This document shows, piece by piece, positions 44,835-54,578 of a stretch of 64,000 bases of DNA. Made by a program: the position numbers and the translations under genes. How positions within the stretch are numbered: position 1 is the stretch's first letter; every line of letters starts with the position of its first letter. The stretch is from a virus. The DNA is taken from the IMG/VR virus record IMGVR_UViG_3300032308_001297, positions 32,001-96,000 of that record; one strand, given 5' to 3'. The notes under the pieces are model-generated. The model saw nothing but the letters and a program-made list of their open reading frames with translations. It was not told where the DNA came from and did not search any database.

Positions 44835-46223
44835 TTACATAAGGTTGTTGACGATAATTCTGCGATAGTACTTGTTAGTAGTAATCGCACGACGTCCAAG
44901 ACCTGGGTTAGTACCTTCGGCGAATGGATTTGCAACCATGCCGTAACGAGTCTTAAAGCCGATCTTTGGCTGGAATGAGCTCTGATCAACTGCACGAACC
45001 ATCTGTAGTGGAACGTATGGGCAGTAGAAAAGGCCAGCGTCGAAGGCTGATGAACCCTTATAGCCAACAGTGAGATAGTTACCACCGAGAGCGTAAGGAT
45101 CGATATAAACCTTTAGACGACCATTGAGAACACCAGCGAAAGTGTTACCAGTATCATCAACCTGAAGGTTGTTTGAGTTAAGGGCAGGAGCGTAGTCGAG
45201 AACACCAGCCATCTGTAGAGCAGAAGCAACGTCTGAAGAACAGATAACGATGTTACCTTTACCACGACGAGTCTGCTTAGCAATAGCGTTAGCTTCGCGT
45301 TCTAGCTGGAACATAAGACCCTTGAACTTCTCAACTGACCAACGACCGTTTGAATCAGTGTCAAGATCGAAGACACCAGCAGTAGTTGTATTTTCCTGAG
45401 CGCCAGCTTCAGCAGTGATGTTGATAGTACGAACAACTTCACGGTTGATTTCGGCTAGGATTTCAGCTGAAAGAATGTTAGCTAGTTCTGTCTCAGCGTC
45501 TAGACCATGGATTGCTTTAAGATCCTGAGCAAGTTCCATAGTGTACTCAGCTTTTAGAGCACGAGTGTTAGCAGAAACAGTAACCTTCTCGATTGAGAAA
45601 GCCATTTCTGGGAATGCAGTATTAGCATCAGTTCCGAGAGCTTCAGCCTGGAAAGTTGACATACCATAACCAGTGTTATAAGTGTTAACAGCAGTTAGTG
45701 GTGATGTGTTAGTAGCACCTGGAATAGTTCCAACGTGCTTCTGACCAAGAGTGTTAGCTCCTGAAGTAACAGAAGAGAACTGAGTGTTAACTTCGTTGTA
45801 GAAAGTTTCTGCACCAGCATTGTTGAATGACTGAGTAGCAGCATTTCCGCCAGTAGCATAACGTGAACGCATTGCGAAGATAAGGCCAGTTGGGCCAGTC
45901 ATTGGCTGAACGCCGCAGATATCGTAAGCAATTAGGTTAGGCATTGCACGACGAACTAGGGAGATAAGAACAGGATCGAAAGTATCGATACCGCCAGTTC
46001 CCTGAGTTGAAGATGAAGCGCCCATAAGGTTGTTATGAACGAATGATGATGTCTCAGTTAGAGTCTGATAATCACCATGAGCGGATGACTCACGAAGAGC
46101 CTTTTCTGTGTTCTCAAGCATAACAGCAGTTACTGAACGGCGATGCTGGTCCTTAATAGTACCAAGAGCGTCGTGGTCAAGAACTGGTGCCCACTTGTTT
46201 TGAATTTCCTCAGCTAGATACAT
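44835..46223 (-). CDS. 23: Major capsid protein gp23
   Basis: KWAPVL, LVRRAMPNLIAYDICGVQPMTGPTGLIFAMR, RALKAEY, YCPYVPL, FQPKIGFKTRYG. Confidence 0.98.
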   Translation of the reverse strand: MYLAEEIQNKWAPVLDHDALGTIKDQHRRSVTAVMLENTEKALRESSAHGDYQTLTETSSFVHNNLMGASSSTQGTGGIDTFDPVLISLVRRAMPNLIAYDICGVQPMTGPTGLIFAMRSRYATGGNAATQSFNNAGAETFYNEVNTQFSSVTSGANTLGQKHVGTIPGATNTSPLTAVNTYNTGYGMSTFQAEALGTDANTAFPEMAFSIEKVTVSANTRALKAEYTMELAQDLKAIHGLDAETELANILSAEILAEINREVVRTINITAEAGAQENTTTAGVFDLDTDSNGRWSVEKFKGLMFQLEREANAIAKQTRRGKGNIVICSSDVASALQMAGVLDYAPALNSNNLQVDDTGNTFAGVLNGRLKVYIDPYALGGNYLTVGYKGSSAFDAGLFYCPYVPLQMVRAVDQSSFQPKIGFKTRYGMVANPFAEGTNPGLGRRAITTNKYYRRIIVNNLM

Positions 46224-46256
46224 TTGTTTTCCTTTCTTAAGAAATAATATCTTTTT

Positions 46257-46264
46257 TATTTATA
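46257..46264 (-). promoter_or_regulatory. T4-type late promoter (gene 23)
   Basis: TATAAATA. Confidence 0.8.
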
Positions 46265-46269
46265 AAATA

Positions 46270-47421
46270 TTACTTTTTAACTGTTCTTGCGAGAGCCTGA
46301 ACGTAACGATTGACTGATGGGTCAACAGTTACAGTTGATTCAGTAATCTCGCCTTCAAAAGTTTCTTCTTCAATGTTTGAAGAGCCGACAGTATTGTCAC
46401 TCTTGAAATAATTTTCTTTAACGATCATAAGTTTCTTAGCATAAGTTTCTAGATCGCCGTCAAACTCAATACCTTCAGCAAGCGCCGAAAATTTTTCTTT
46501 CTGAGTCAGTGCAAGATCAGAAGAAATTTCTTCGAAAATATCAGTTGCTTTTGATTCTACAATAAGGTTCTTTAGTTCAACATTTTCAGAAATTACTTCA
46601 TCCATTTTTTCTTCTAGAGCAGCAACTTTTTCTGCCATTGCTTCTAGAACTTCAACCTTATCCTCTGGAACATTGATGTAATGCTCAGCGAATAAGCTCT
46701 TCAATCCATCAATAAACTCTTCAGCGAGTTCATTGCGTAGAGTTGATTCGATAGCTACTTCATTTTCTCTCATCCATTGTTCAACACAATAATCAAGATA
46801 AGTGTCGAGCTTTGATGTTACGCTTTCACCGAAGTTAGCAATTTCTTCTTGTAGCTTTGTTTCAAACTCTTCTTCGAGACGAGTCTGTTCAGCAATAACT
46901 CTAGCTGATACAGCTGCTTCGAATAGTGTTGAAACGTTTTCTTTAAATTCTTCTGAAAGATCTTGTCCGTTAAACATTTCTTCGATGTCTTCTTTGACAT
47001 TTAGTTTTGGCATTGGATCTTTAGTCTTTGGACCTTTACCAGTTTTCATATCAACTGTTGCTTGATTGGCGGCTGACTTATCGCCAACACCCCAATCCTT
47101 ACCAGGACCATATAGTGACTGAACCTGATTGAAGAAACCAGTCCATTCATCTTTGTTCATATTAGCAATCATGTTTGTTACATGAGAGATAGCGCCAATC
47201 TTTGAAATTGGATCTGACTGACGAGCTTTTGGATGAAGTGAAGATGCAGCGAGTGTTTCCTCGTCCATTTTTTCTTTCTTCTCTTTCTTTTCTTTTTTCT
47301 CTGATTTAGAAGACTCTTCCTCTTCTTCCTCTTTTTCCTCTTCTTCTTGCTTTCCACCAGACTCGTATTTTGCTTCGTCTAGGTTAGCAACGTCTTCGAG
47401 ATCGAATTCTTGGTTATCCAT
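46270..47421 (-). CDS. 22: Prohead core scaffold gp22
   Basis: LSEEFK...FEAAV, YLDY.VEQW..ENEVAIE, LFAEHYI.VP, KENYF. Confidence 0.9.
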   Translation of the reverse strand: MDNQEFDLEDVANLDEAKYESGGKQEEEEKEEEEEESSKSEKKEKKEKKEKMDEETLAASSLHPKARQSDPISKIGAISHVTNMIANMNKDEWTGFFNQVQSLYGPGKDWGVGDKSAANQATVDMKTGKGPKTKDPMPKLNVKEDIEEMFNGQDLSEEFKENVSTLFEAAVSARVIAEQTRLEEEFETKLQEEIANFGESVTSKLDTYLDYCVEQWMRENEVAIESTLRNELAEEFIDGLKSLFAEHYINVPEDKVEVLEAMAEKVAALEEKMDEVISENVELKNLIVESKATDIFEEISSDLALTQKEKFSALAEGIEFDGDLETYAKKLMIVKENYFKSDNTVGSSNIEEETFEGEITESTVTVDPSVNRYVQALARTVKK

Positions 47422-47453
47422 TGAAATAGTCTCCTATTAGTGAAATTTACATA

Positions 47454-47461
47454 TATTTATA
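47454..47461 (-). promoter_or_regulatory. T4-type late promoter (gene 22)
   Basis: TATAAATA. Confidence 0.75.
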
Positions 47462-48128
47462 ATAATTTAGATTTTGCTGTTAGAGAAGCTAGATAGTCCT
47501 CAAAAATAGCAAGTTTCTGTTCTTCTAACTGTGCTTTTGAAATTTTATTCACAGTCTTTTTAATTTCATGAAGTTTTTCTTCATGCCAAGTGTTCTTAAC
47601 TGGATCAAAAATCCATTCAACGTTTTCCATAATACCATTTACGAAACATCCAGGACCACTTGGGTCTGAAACAATATCAACTGTTGATAGCTTGAAGTCT
47701 GATTGAACGACCATGACACCTTTTTCTTCTTTCAAAGAACCCATGCCACGTGTTGAAACGCCAAGCTGACCACCTGATTCTAGGAGACCTCTAGCAATTT
47801 CACCCATTGGTGTTGATGTAATTTTAGCCTTACCGTTTACATAATTACCATCCCATGACAGTTCTGTGATGATATGTGAAACACGGTCTAGGTTAATTGT
47901 TGGACCAGAAGGATGATTCAATTCGCCGAAAGCTCTTTTAGCTTGAACAACTTCTCTAAGATATCTAGAAACTTCGTTTTCTAGGATATCTTTTTTATAC
48001 ATTCTGCCGTTCTTATTTTTTTCTTCTGCAGTCATAAAGCGACCAGTAATATAATGGTGCTTATTACCGTCTTCAGATCTCTCAGTAATATATTGAGTAT
48101 CTTCGTTTAATTCGGCGATGAGTTTCAT
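47457..48128 (-). CDS. 21: Prohead protease gp21
   Basis: NKNGRMY, GELNHP, RVSH, GVSTRGMGSL, DIVSDPS. Confidence 0.95.
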   Translation of the reverse strand: MKLIAELNEDTQYITERSEDGNKHHYITGRFMTAEEKNKNGRMYKKDILENEVSRYLREVVQAKRAFGELNHPSGPTINLDRVSHIITELSWDGNYVNGKAKITSTPMGEIARGLLESGGQLGVSTRGMGSLKEEKGVMVVQSDFKLSTVDIVSDPSGPGCFVNGIMENVEWIFDPVKNTWHEEKLHEIKKTVNKISKAQLEEQKLAIFEDYLASLTAKSKLL

Positions 48129-48131
48129 CTC

Positions 48132-48377
48132 TTATCCTCTGTATGCTACTGGAGTTGCTAATAAACCAGTACCTTGAAGTGTATCTGTTAAATCTTTAAC
48201 AACAAAGATTGGTGCTGTATTTGTAACAGTAGTGTTAGCATATACAACTCCGTTAGCATAAGCGATATTTAAAACAGCAGCAGTAGTTGGGTTTACAACT
48301 CTACAAAGATTTGCAGTGTTGCCAAAATTATTTGCTGTTGTAATTGCTCTTTCGGCGCTAAGTAATTTAATAAACAT
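48132..48377 (-). CDS. Hypothetical head-module protein
   Basis: 81-aa ORF upstream of 21. Confidence 0.65.
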   Translation of the reverse strand: MFIKLLSAERAITTANNFGNTANLCRVVNPTTAAVLNIAYANGVVYANTTVTNTAPIFVVKDLTDTLQGTGLLATPVAYRG

Positions 48378-49183
48378 TATAGAGTCCCCACATCGTGTCT
48401 ACCAGTTGACCATCCAGCAGCACCTGGACCAGCATAATCTGTTTCAGTAGCTGCACCTGATTCTGACTGACCATGCATTTTCCATGCTTTGGCATAAAGA
48501 ACCTGAGTACCTTTTTCTTTACCGTATTCTTTAACGAAACGCTCTTTATTAGCTTTAATCCATTTTTCGATTTTTGGATTTGGTGGAGCAACTTCATCAA
48601 GAATTTCTTCTTTAATACCTTTTGCTTTACCAGCTGGTAACTTTGTAATTGGTTTATCCTCAATAGCTTTTGATACAATAGATCTTAAATCTGATTTTGA
48701 AGGAGTTCCTGGCTGTTTAAAACTTTTTGGGTATTCATTTGAAAGGCGTCTTGGATTATCTTTATAAGCAGTATCTTTTCGCTTCATATCACGTATGCCT
48801 TCATCAACAATTTCTTCTGCTACTCTTTTCTTATCGAGAAGAACTTTCTGTCCTTTTTTTGGCATGTCTTTTGGTTCTGAACCAGGGCATGCAGCCATTT
48901 CATGAGTTGGACAACTTACGCCTTCGCCGGATTTATTACATTCGGCGGCTTCATAAACTTTTTGATCCTGCTTTTTATATGGAGCAGTTTTGATCTTTGA
49001 GGCGTTATAGATTTCATCGCCGTTACCAGCAACGTCGTCTTTTCTCTGGATCTTATGCTTTTTAGCAAATTCGATTTCGCCCTTGTTACCTTCGGGAGAC
49101 ATGGCGAGATTTGTTAGATCGTTTGGTACTTCTTTGCTGGAATTTACTCCATGCTTCGTAATATCTCTAAGCGGTTTCGCCAT
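48377..49183 (-). CDS. Putative prohead core protein (gp68 position)
   Basis: Lys-rich; several (I/V/L)xE sites; EVAPP...KERF..EYG...YAKAWK motif. Confidence 0.6.
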   Translation of the reverse strand: MAKPLRDITKHGVNSSKEVPNDLTNLAMSPEGNKGEIEFAKKHKIQRKDDVAGNGDEIYNASKIKTAPYKKQDQKVYEAAECNKSGEGVSCPTHEMAACPGSEPKDMPKKGQKVLLDKKRVAEEIVDEGIRDMKRKDTAYKDNPRRLSNEYPKSFKQPGTPSKSDLRSIVSKAIEDKPITKLPAGKAKGIKEEILDEVAPPNPKIEKWIKANKERFVKEYGKEKGTQVLYAKAWKMHGQSESGAATETDYAGPGAAGWSTGRHDVGTL

Positions 49184-49418
49184 TTTCCTCTTCCTCTGAG
49201 TTGTCGATTTCTAAGTCACCAGCACCAAACTCGTCATCATTTTCAACTTCTGGTTCATAATTATAAAGTTGCTGAGCGACTTCTATTTTTTTATTTTCTA
49301 CTGCGGCTCTAATTCTATCAATAACAATATCATTGAAAGCAGCTTCAAAATTTGAAGGTTTTTGTTCAACGGCTGCAGAAATTAAATCTTCTATACCATA
49401 TTTATTATATTCTGACAT
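49167..49418 (-). CDS. Prohead core protein gp67-like
   Basis: Small acidic protein directly after portal; GAGG SD. Confidence 0.65.
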   Translation of the reverse strand: MSEYNKYGIEDLISAAVEQKPSNFEAAFNDIVIDRIRAAVENKKIEVAQQLYNYEPEVENDDEFGAGDLEIDNSEEEENGETA

Positions 49419-49428
49419 TATAATTACC

Positions 49429-51240
49429 TCACTGTTGTTGTGTTTGAGGAGCACCACCAGCTAGCGCCTTTGATGATAATCCTGGATTTTTGGCTATAAC
49501 TTGAACAGCTGCTTTGTATTTGGCTTCGTCAGCCATAGTTCTGTTAGCTTTTGGCATCTTTTTCATTTGATCTACAATAATTTCAGCTTGTCGAACTTGT
49601 TCCATTTTTTGCTGAGTTTCTGGATCAGGACCACCCATTTGACCTTCAACTCCAGGTTGAAGTCCTTGTTGACCCTGTTGACCCTGTTGTTCCATCGAAT
49701 CAGTTTGCATTGCCATCTGTTCATTACTAAGAATAGTTGGATTAATCCATCTAGACTCACCTGAATTTTGTTCTTTGTCGATTTTACTGTCTTGTTCCTT
49801 CATATCAGTATCAGTCTGTTTAAGGATATTCTTACGAATCCACTGATGACTATAATACTGTCCGGCCAATGGCTGAATTTGCGCAGCTAGCTGAATTCTA
49901 CCATTAGTTATCTCGGCATCTTTTAGCTCGCCAAAATAATTATCTGAAGAGAAATCAAAACGAATATTAGCTGACATAAACTTCCAGTCATCAAGAGTGG
50001 TAACACCTTTGAGGACCAACTGTTTTTCAAGTAACTTTAAGAATAACTGAGAAAATCTATTTCTAAGTCTTGTGACAAACTTTTCAAATTTAAGTTCGTC
50101 TCTTGTAATTTCTGTAGCTCTACCGATTGAAAATAGAGCATCTGAATTAAGTCTTGACACTGGAACATTAAGCGCCTGTAAAAACTTCTTTTGGAAGTAT
50201 AGGACGTCGTCCATTTGCCCCAGTGTCTGGCCACCTGGTAGGGTAGTAACCTCCGTACCTCTACCACCTTCACGGCGTGGTAGCCAATAGTCTTCAAGCA
50301 TAGTCATGAACTTACGATCGTCACGAATATCGCCAGTCTGTGCGTCGTAAATTAGACGGTTCTTATGCTTAACCATAATGTCGCGAACATACTGCTCTGC
50401 CTTCATCTTTGGCAAATTGCCAACATCAATATACCAAATACGACGTTCTGGTGCACGAGCAAGACGATAGATAACTAGAGCGTCTTCTAATGTTCTTAAC
50501 TGGTTAAGTGGCTTGATTGCTTTATGTAGATATGAGAGAACCATTGTTCCCTGATTGTCAGTAAGACCTGACACAATATGTAGAACTGAATCTTTAGCGA
50601 TTTTCAAACCAGTGGTTGATGGTCCAACTGATTTGTTACCAAAATTAAAACCCTTTTCATTGAAAATAAAATATTCATTAGTTGTTTTAGTAACAACTGC
50701 ATCGCCTGGATTATTTGCTTGAATTCTTTTCTTTTGCACTTCTCTAATTTTACGGATCTTACGTGGATCAACGTAACGAAGTTCTTGGATGCCTAATTGT
50801 GGAGCCTTGTCATCAATAACGACATGATAATAAAGTCGACCATCGATATACCAACGACGATAAACTTCATAAGCGTATTTGTTAAACTCTAACAAATTAA
50901 GACAATAATTAAATTCGTCTGTAATTATTTTCTTAATATTATCATTAACTTTCAAATCATCTAAATTAATTGTAACTACGTGTTCTTCGTCAATAGCAAT
51001 AGACTCGTTAACAATTTCATCAATAGCAGCATCGCATTCTGGCTGTAATGACATTTCGCGATATTTTGTAACAAGTTCTGCTTCTGATCTTACTGTGCCA
51101 TCAAGGTCAACATAAGTTCCGAATGCACCGCCAGCAGATACGACTACTGCTCCGTCATCCGTATTACTTGGTGGTGTAAAGGATGGGAGCTCTTGATCTT
51201 TAAGTTTTTTACGGAATTCGAAACCGAATAATTCTGCCAT
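49429..51240 (-). CDS. 20: Portal protein gp20
   Basis: LFGF, WYIDGR, YRLARAPERRIWYIDVGNLPK, EDYWLPRREGGRGTEVTTLPGG. Confidence 0.97.
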   Translation of the reverse strand: MAELFGFEFRKKLKDQELPSFTPPSNTDDGAVVVSAGGAFGTYVDLDGTVRSEAELVTKYREMSLQPECDAAIDEIVNESIAIDEEHVVTINLDDLKVNDNIKKIITDEFNYCLNLLEFNKYAYEVYRRWYIDGRLYYHVVIDDKAPQLGIQELRYVDPRKIRKIREVQKKRIQANNPGDAVVTKTTNEYFIFNEKGFNFGNKSVGPSTTGLKIAKDSVLHIVSGLTDNQGTMVLSYLHKAIKPLNQLRTLEDALVIYRLARAPERRIWYIDVGNLPKMKAEQYVRDIMVKHKNRLIYDAQTGDIRDDRKFMTMLEDYWLPRREGGRGTEVTTLPGGQTLGQMDDVLYFQKKFLQALNVPVSRLNSDALFSIGRATEITRDELKFEKFVTRLRNRFSQLFLKLLEKQLVLKGVTTLDDWKFMSANIRFDFSSDNYFGELKDAEITNGRIQLAAQIQPLAGQYYSHQWIRKNILKQTDTDMKEQDSKIDKEQNSGESRWINPTILSNEQMAMQTDSMEQQGQQGQQGLQPGVEGQMGGPDPETQQKMEQVRQAEIIVDQMKKMPKANRTMADEAKYKAAVQVIAKNPGLSSKALAGGAPQTQQQ

Positions 51241-51256
51241 TTAATTCTCCAATAAT

Positions 51257-51277
51257 GGGAGAGGATTAACCTCTCCC
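51257..51277. terminator. Hairpin between 19 and 20
   Basis: GGGAGAGG-attaa-CCTCTCCC; weak U-tract. Confidence 0.5.
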
Positions 51278-51298
51278 TTCATGTTATACTTATAATTA

Positions 51299-51913
51299 TT
51301 AAGATGGACCGTTTGGACCGTCAATAATTGACTGTGGTCCGTAAATATTGATTCCACCAGCCTTCTTATCAGATGCTTCAACCACTGGAACCCAGTAATC
51401 GTATGCAAAGGCAACAGTGAATTCTTCAATGTTATTTGCTGAATTCCAATCAACGCCGATACCGCTAACTGCAGTTGGGAAAGCTCCAACTAGAAGATAT
51501 GAACGGATGTCTGAACCGTCAACACTATATTGGATGATCTCAAGATCAGCTTTATACTGTTCGGCAGCAACAGCAGGATCACGAACGTTAGCAACCATAC
51601 GATTAATAGCGTTTGACCATGCTTCGAACATTGAACGAACAGCGAAATCTTCGTCGTTCATTACAGTTACTGACCAATCAGCAAAAGTTCTTTCGCCAGC
51701 AACCTTAACCTTACGGCCAAAGTATGGAACGTCGATTGAGCTTATTGTTGATTCTGGAAGTTCCGCTGCACGACAAACGAAGCGAAACTTGTCTACTGAA
51801 ACCAAATCAATGCCAATACCAGCAGGAACTGATAGAAAAACATTGAAGAGGGATGGTCTGGCGCCACCATACACCAGACCGTTTGATTTGAAAGCTGCGA
51901 TATTAAAAGGCAT
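51299..51913 (-). CDS. 19: Tail tube protein gp19
   Basis: GARPSLF, AAELP, GRKVKVAGERTF..W.VTV.NDEDF, IEEF.V.F.YDYW. Confidence 0.95.
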   Translation of the reverse strand: MPFNIAAFKSNGLVYGGARPSLFNVFLSVPAGIGIDLVSVDKFRFVCRAAELPESTISSIDVPYFGRKVKVAGERTFADWSVTVMNDEDFAVRSMFEAWSNAINRMVANVRDPAVAAEQYKADLEIIQYSVDGSDIRSYLLVGAFPTAVSGIGVDWNSANNIEEFTVAFAYDYWVPVVEASDKKAGGINIYGPQSIIDGPNGPS

Positions 51914-51943
51914 CTATGTACTCCTTTGAGTTTTATCTATTTA

Positions 51944-54514
51944 TTAAAACTTGCCAACAACTTCGGAGAACTGAACGCCAGATGGAACAGCCACGAAATT
52001 AAGTTGGATGAAGTTGATGCTTCTCGCAGGTTTAATATAAATGTCGCCAACAAACTGGTTACTGTCGATAATCTGTGGAGTGTTATTGGTGTCGTCACAG
52101 ACAACCATGAAGTCAGTAATACCACGACGACCTTGAACAGTTCTTAGGTATGGTGTTACAAGGTTCTTGAACTGTGCTCTAGTGAATGCATCGTTGAACT
52201 CGAATAGTGAGTATTTAGCAGCAGTAGAGATAGCTTTTTCAAGAACAATGAACAGACGACGAACATTGATTCGATCGAACGCTGATGGTTTGGCCTGTAG
52301 AGTTTTATCTCCGAATAGGACAGTTCCCTGACCAGGAGAAGTAATAACAGGGTTAATACCATTGGAGTAGATTACATCACGTTCAGACTTGCGTGGATTC
52401 CAAGCAAGTTTTATAACGTTTTTAATCTGACCACGGTTATAACCAGCTGGCGACCACCAAGCATCGTTTGTATTATCAGTGCGTACGCATGTACCAGCGA
52501 TATCACCATTAAGCGGAATCCAACGGTACAGATCGTTATACTTATCGTATTGATACTTATAACCAGAATCCAATACAGCGTAAGAAGTGCTACGTAGAGC
52601 TCCTCTCCAGTTTTTGAGACTTGTAGCTTCGTTTCCGAGATTATTAAGAACCATGTTCTTGTCTGGAGAAATTAAAGCAACGCAATCTTTTCTTGTTTCA
52701 ACTAGGTTATCAATGATATAGTTAGCTAGTTGATAATTCTGTATTGTCTGACCATTAACAACAGTAGTACCACCGATTGGTTTACCTTGAAGAACAAGAG
52801 AAATATCAATATCTTCAGCTGACTGGAACATATCATAAGCTGAACCCAAGATAGATAGGGTTGCTGATGATTCGTTCAGACCGTCTGCACCGCATGTGAA
52901 GTTTGCGTTCAACGGAGCAGTAGCAGAAGAGCTAGTTAAGTTTAGAGCGTTATTTGAAGTAGCCTGTGAGCGATCACGAGCCCACCAAACATATTCAGAA
53001 ACCTGATTGATAACATCTTTATAATAATTACTTGAACCATCATCAGTCTTAGCGTCTGTTGCGCGAGATAGACCTCTGAATGTTTCAAGAACAGTTCCTG
53101 GAGTGCCGGAGAATAAACCGTCCTCATCAACTACAACAACGTGAAGTTCGTCGTGTGCAGAAGTATTACCACTAAAAAGCTGGTAATTAGACTGACCTGG
53201 AGCAGTTTCAACAACGTTAAAGAACTCCCAATAACGCTGAACAGTGTTTGAAACATATCCTTCGCGAAGTCTATATGGATCTTCGAAGTTAATTTTCAAC
53301 ACGTTAGTGTTTGAAACAAAAAGACCATTGGCGCCAGAAGTAGCAATTACACTTATTTCTGAGCCGTAAGGAGTAGTGGATAGTTTGAAACCAGTGCTAT
53401 TAGCAGCAACGATATAATAATTTGTTCCAGAAGTTAGACCAGAAACAACAGAATTACCCGCAGCATTACTATAAACAACTGTTTCGCCGTTGCTGAAAGG
53501 ATGACCAGAAGCAGTTATGAATCCAGTATTACTGTTAATATCGCTATTACCATTAAAGGTGGCGTTAGCAGCAACATTTCCGTTTAACACAAAAGTGTTT
53601 GAAACAGATACGCTTGTAACTTGTAGGTACTGCATTCCAATAGAAGCATTTCCTGATAGAATCTGATCGCCTGTTGAAATTAGACCAGCAACAACGTTGG
53701 CTGACGCATTAGTTGTTCCAGAGAACATTACTAGCGCTGCATTAGATCCAACACGGAAATCAACCATAGCAGTTATAGAAGAGTTTGTAACTGCAACATT
53801 TGACTGATATGAGGCAGCGTTATCGCAAACGCCGATACGTAGAGAGTTACCCATAGCTCCTGGATATTTTGCAACCCAAGCGATATCTGCGTCGAAAGTT
53901 CCGTCTTTCTGGGTGTAAGTTTCTGAATTTTTTACAATCTGATTTACTAGATTTGCAGCAACTCCACCAGAAGTAGAAGTATTTGAGTCGAAAGCAATAG
54001 CAGTATAAACTGTTTGTGGGCGACCGAAATATAAAGAAACTGCACCGTTAGTAGAAGGATTATATGAAAGAACAATAGCTGAAGAGTTCTTCGAAAGAAC
54101 AGTAACATTTTCTCCAGCAGTTCTAATTGATGCATTTGAAGTTTGAGTTACATACATACCAACTTCAATAGCAGCCAAAGCTGTAGAATTAGCAACTATG
54201 TAAGCGTTAACAGAAGTGTTTCCTACTGCAGAAACCCATGGCGTTGAACCGCCAGTATTAGCAGCACGAGAAATCCACAAACGATTAGCGTATGATAGGA
54301 AGTTAGCAGCAGTAAACCATGTTTCTGGGTTGAAATTTGTTGGTTTAGCGAATCTATTAACAAGCTGATTTTCGGAATCAACGAGAATTCTTTCGCCAAT
54401 CGGACCCCAACGGAAAACGCCAGCAAAAGCGCCATCTGATGTGGCAACGGCTGGAACTACCGTAGTAAGATCGATTTCTGAAACGTTAACACCTGGGCTT
54501 AATTGAAATGCCAT
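51944..54514 (-). CDS. 18: Tail sheath protein gp18
   Basis: SPGVNVSEIDLT, WWSPAG.NRG, FDRINVRRLF, FEFND, KPARSINFI.LNFVA. Confidence 0.97.
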   Translation of the reverse strand: MAFQLSPGVNVSEIDLTTVVPAVATSDGAFAGVFRWGPIGERILVDSENQLVNRFAKPTNFNPETWFTAANFLSYANRLWISRAANTGGSTPWVSAVGNTSVNAYIVANSTALAAIEVGMYVTQTSNASIRTAGENVTVLSKNSSAIVLSYNPSTNGAVSLYFGRPQTVYTAIAFDSNTSTSGGVAANLVNQIVKNSETYTQKDGTFDADIAWVAKYPGAMGNSLRIGVCDNAASYQSNVAVTNSSITAMVDFRVGSNAALVMFSGTTNASANVVAGLISTGDQILSGNASIGMQYLQVTSVSVSNTFVLNGNVAANATFNGNSDINSNTGFITASGHPFSNGETVVYSNAAGNSVVSGLTSGTNYYIVAANSTGFKLSTTPYGSEISVIATSGANGLFVSNTNVLKINFEDPYRLREGYVSNTVQRYWEFFNVVETAPGQSNYQLFSGNTSAHDELHVVVVDEDGLFSGTPGTVLETFRGLSRATDAKTDDGSSNYYKDVINQVSEYVWWARDRSQATSNNALNLTSSSATAPLNANFTCGADGLNESSATLSILGSAYDMFQSAEDIDISLVLQGKPIGGTTVVNGQTIQNYQLANYIIDNLVETRKDCVALISPDKNMVLNNLGNEATSLKNWRGALRSTSYAVLDSGYKYQYDKYNDLYRWIPLNGDIAGTCVRTDNTNDAWWSPAGYNRGQIKNVIKLAWNPRKSERDVIYSNGINPVITSPGQGTVLFGDKTLQAKPSAFDRINVRRLFIVLEKAISTAAKYSLFEFNDAFTRAQFKNLVTPYLRTVQGRRGITDFMVVCDDTNNTPQIIDSNQFVGDIYIKPARSINFIQLNFVAVPSGVQFSEVVGKF

Positions 54515-54558
54515 TTTTATATCTCCCTGTATGCGAGAACTTGGTTATTATTTTCTTA

Positions 54559-54566
54559 TATTTATA
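54559..54566 (-). promoter_or_regulatory. T4-type late promoter (gene 18)
   Basis: TATAAATA. Confidence 0.8.
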
Positions 54567-54578
54567 AAATGACCTTCT

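Noticed and set aside
47270-47360. Low-complexity purine tract in gene 22
   Set aside because: Encodes a Glu/Lys-rich disordered scaffold segment; typical for core proteins
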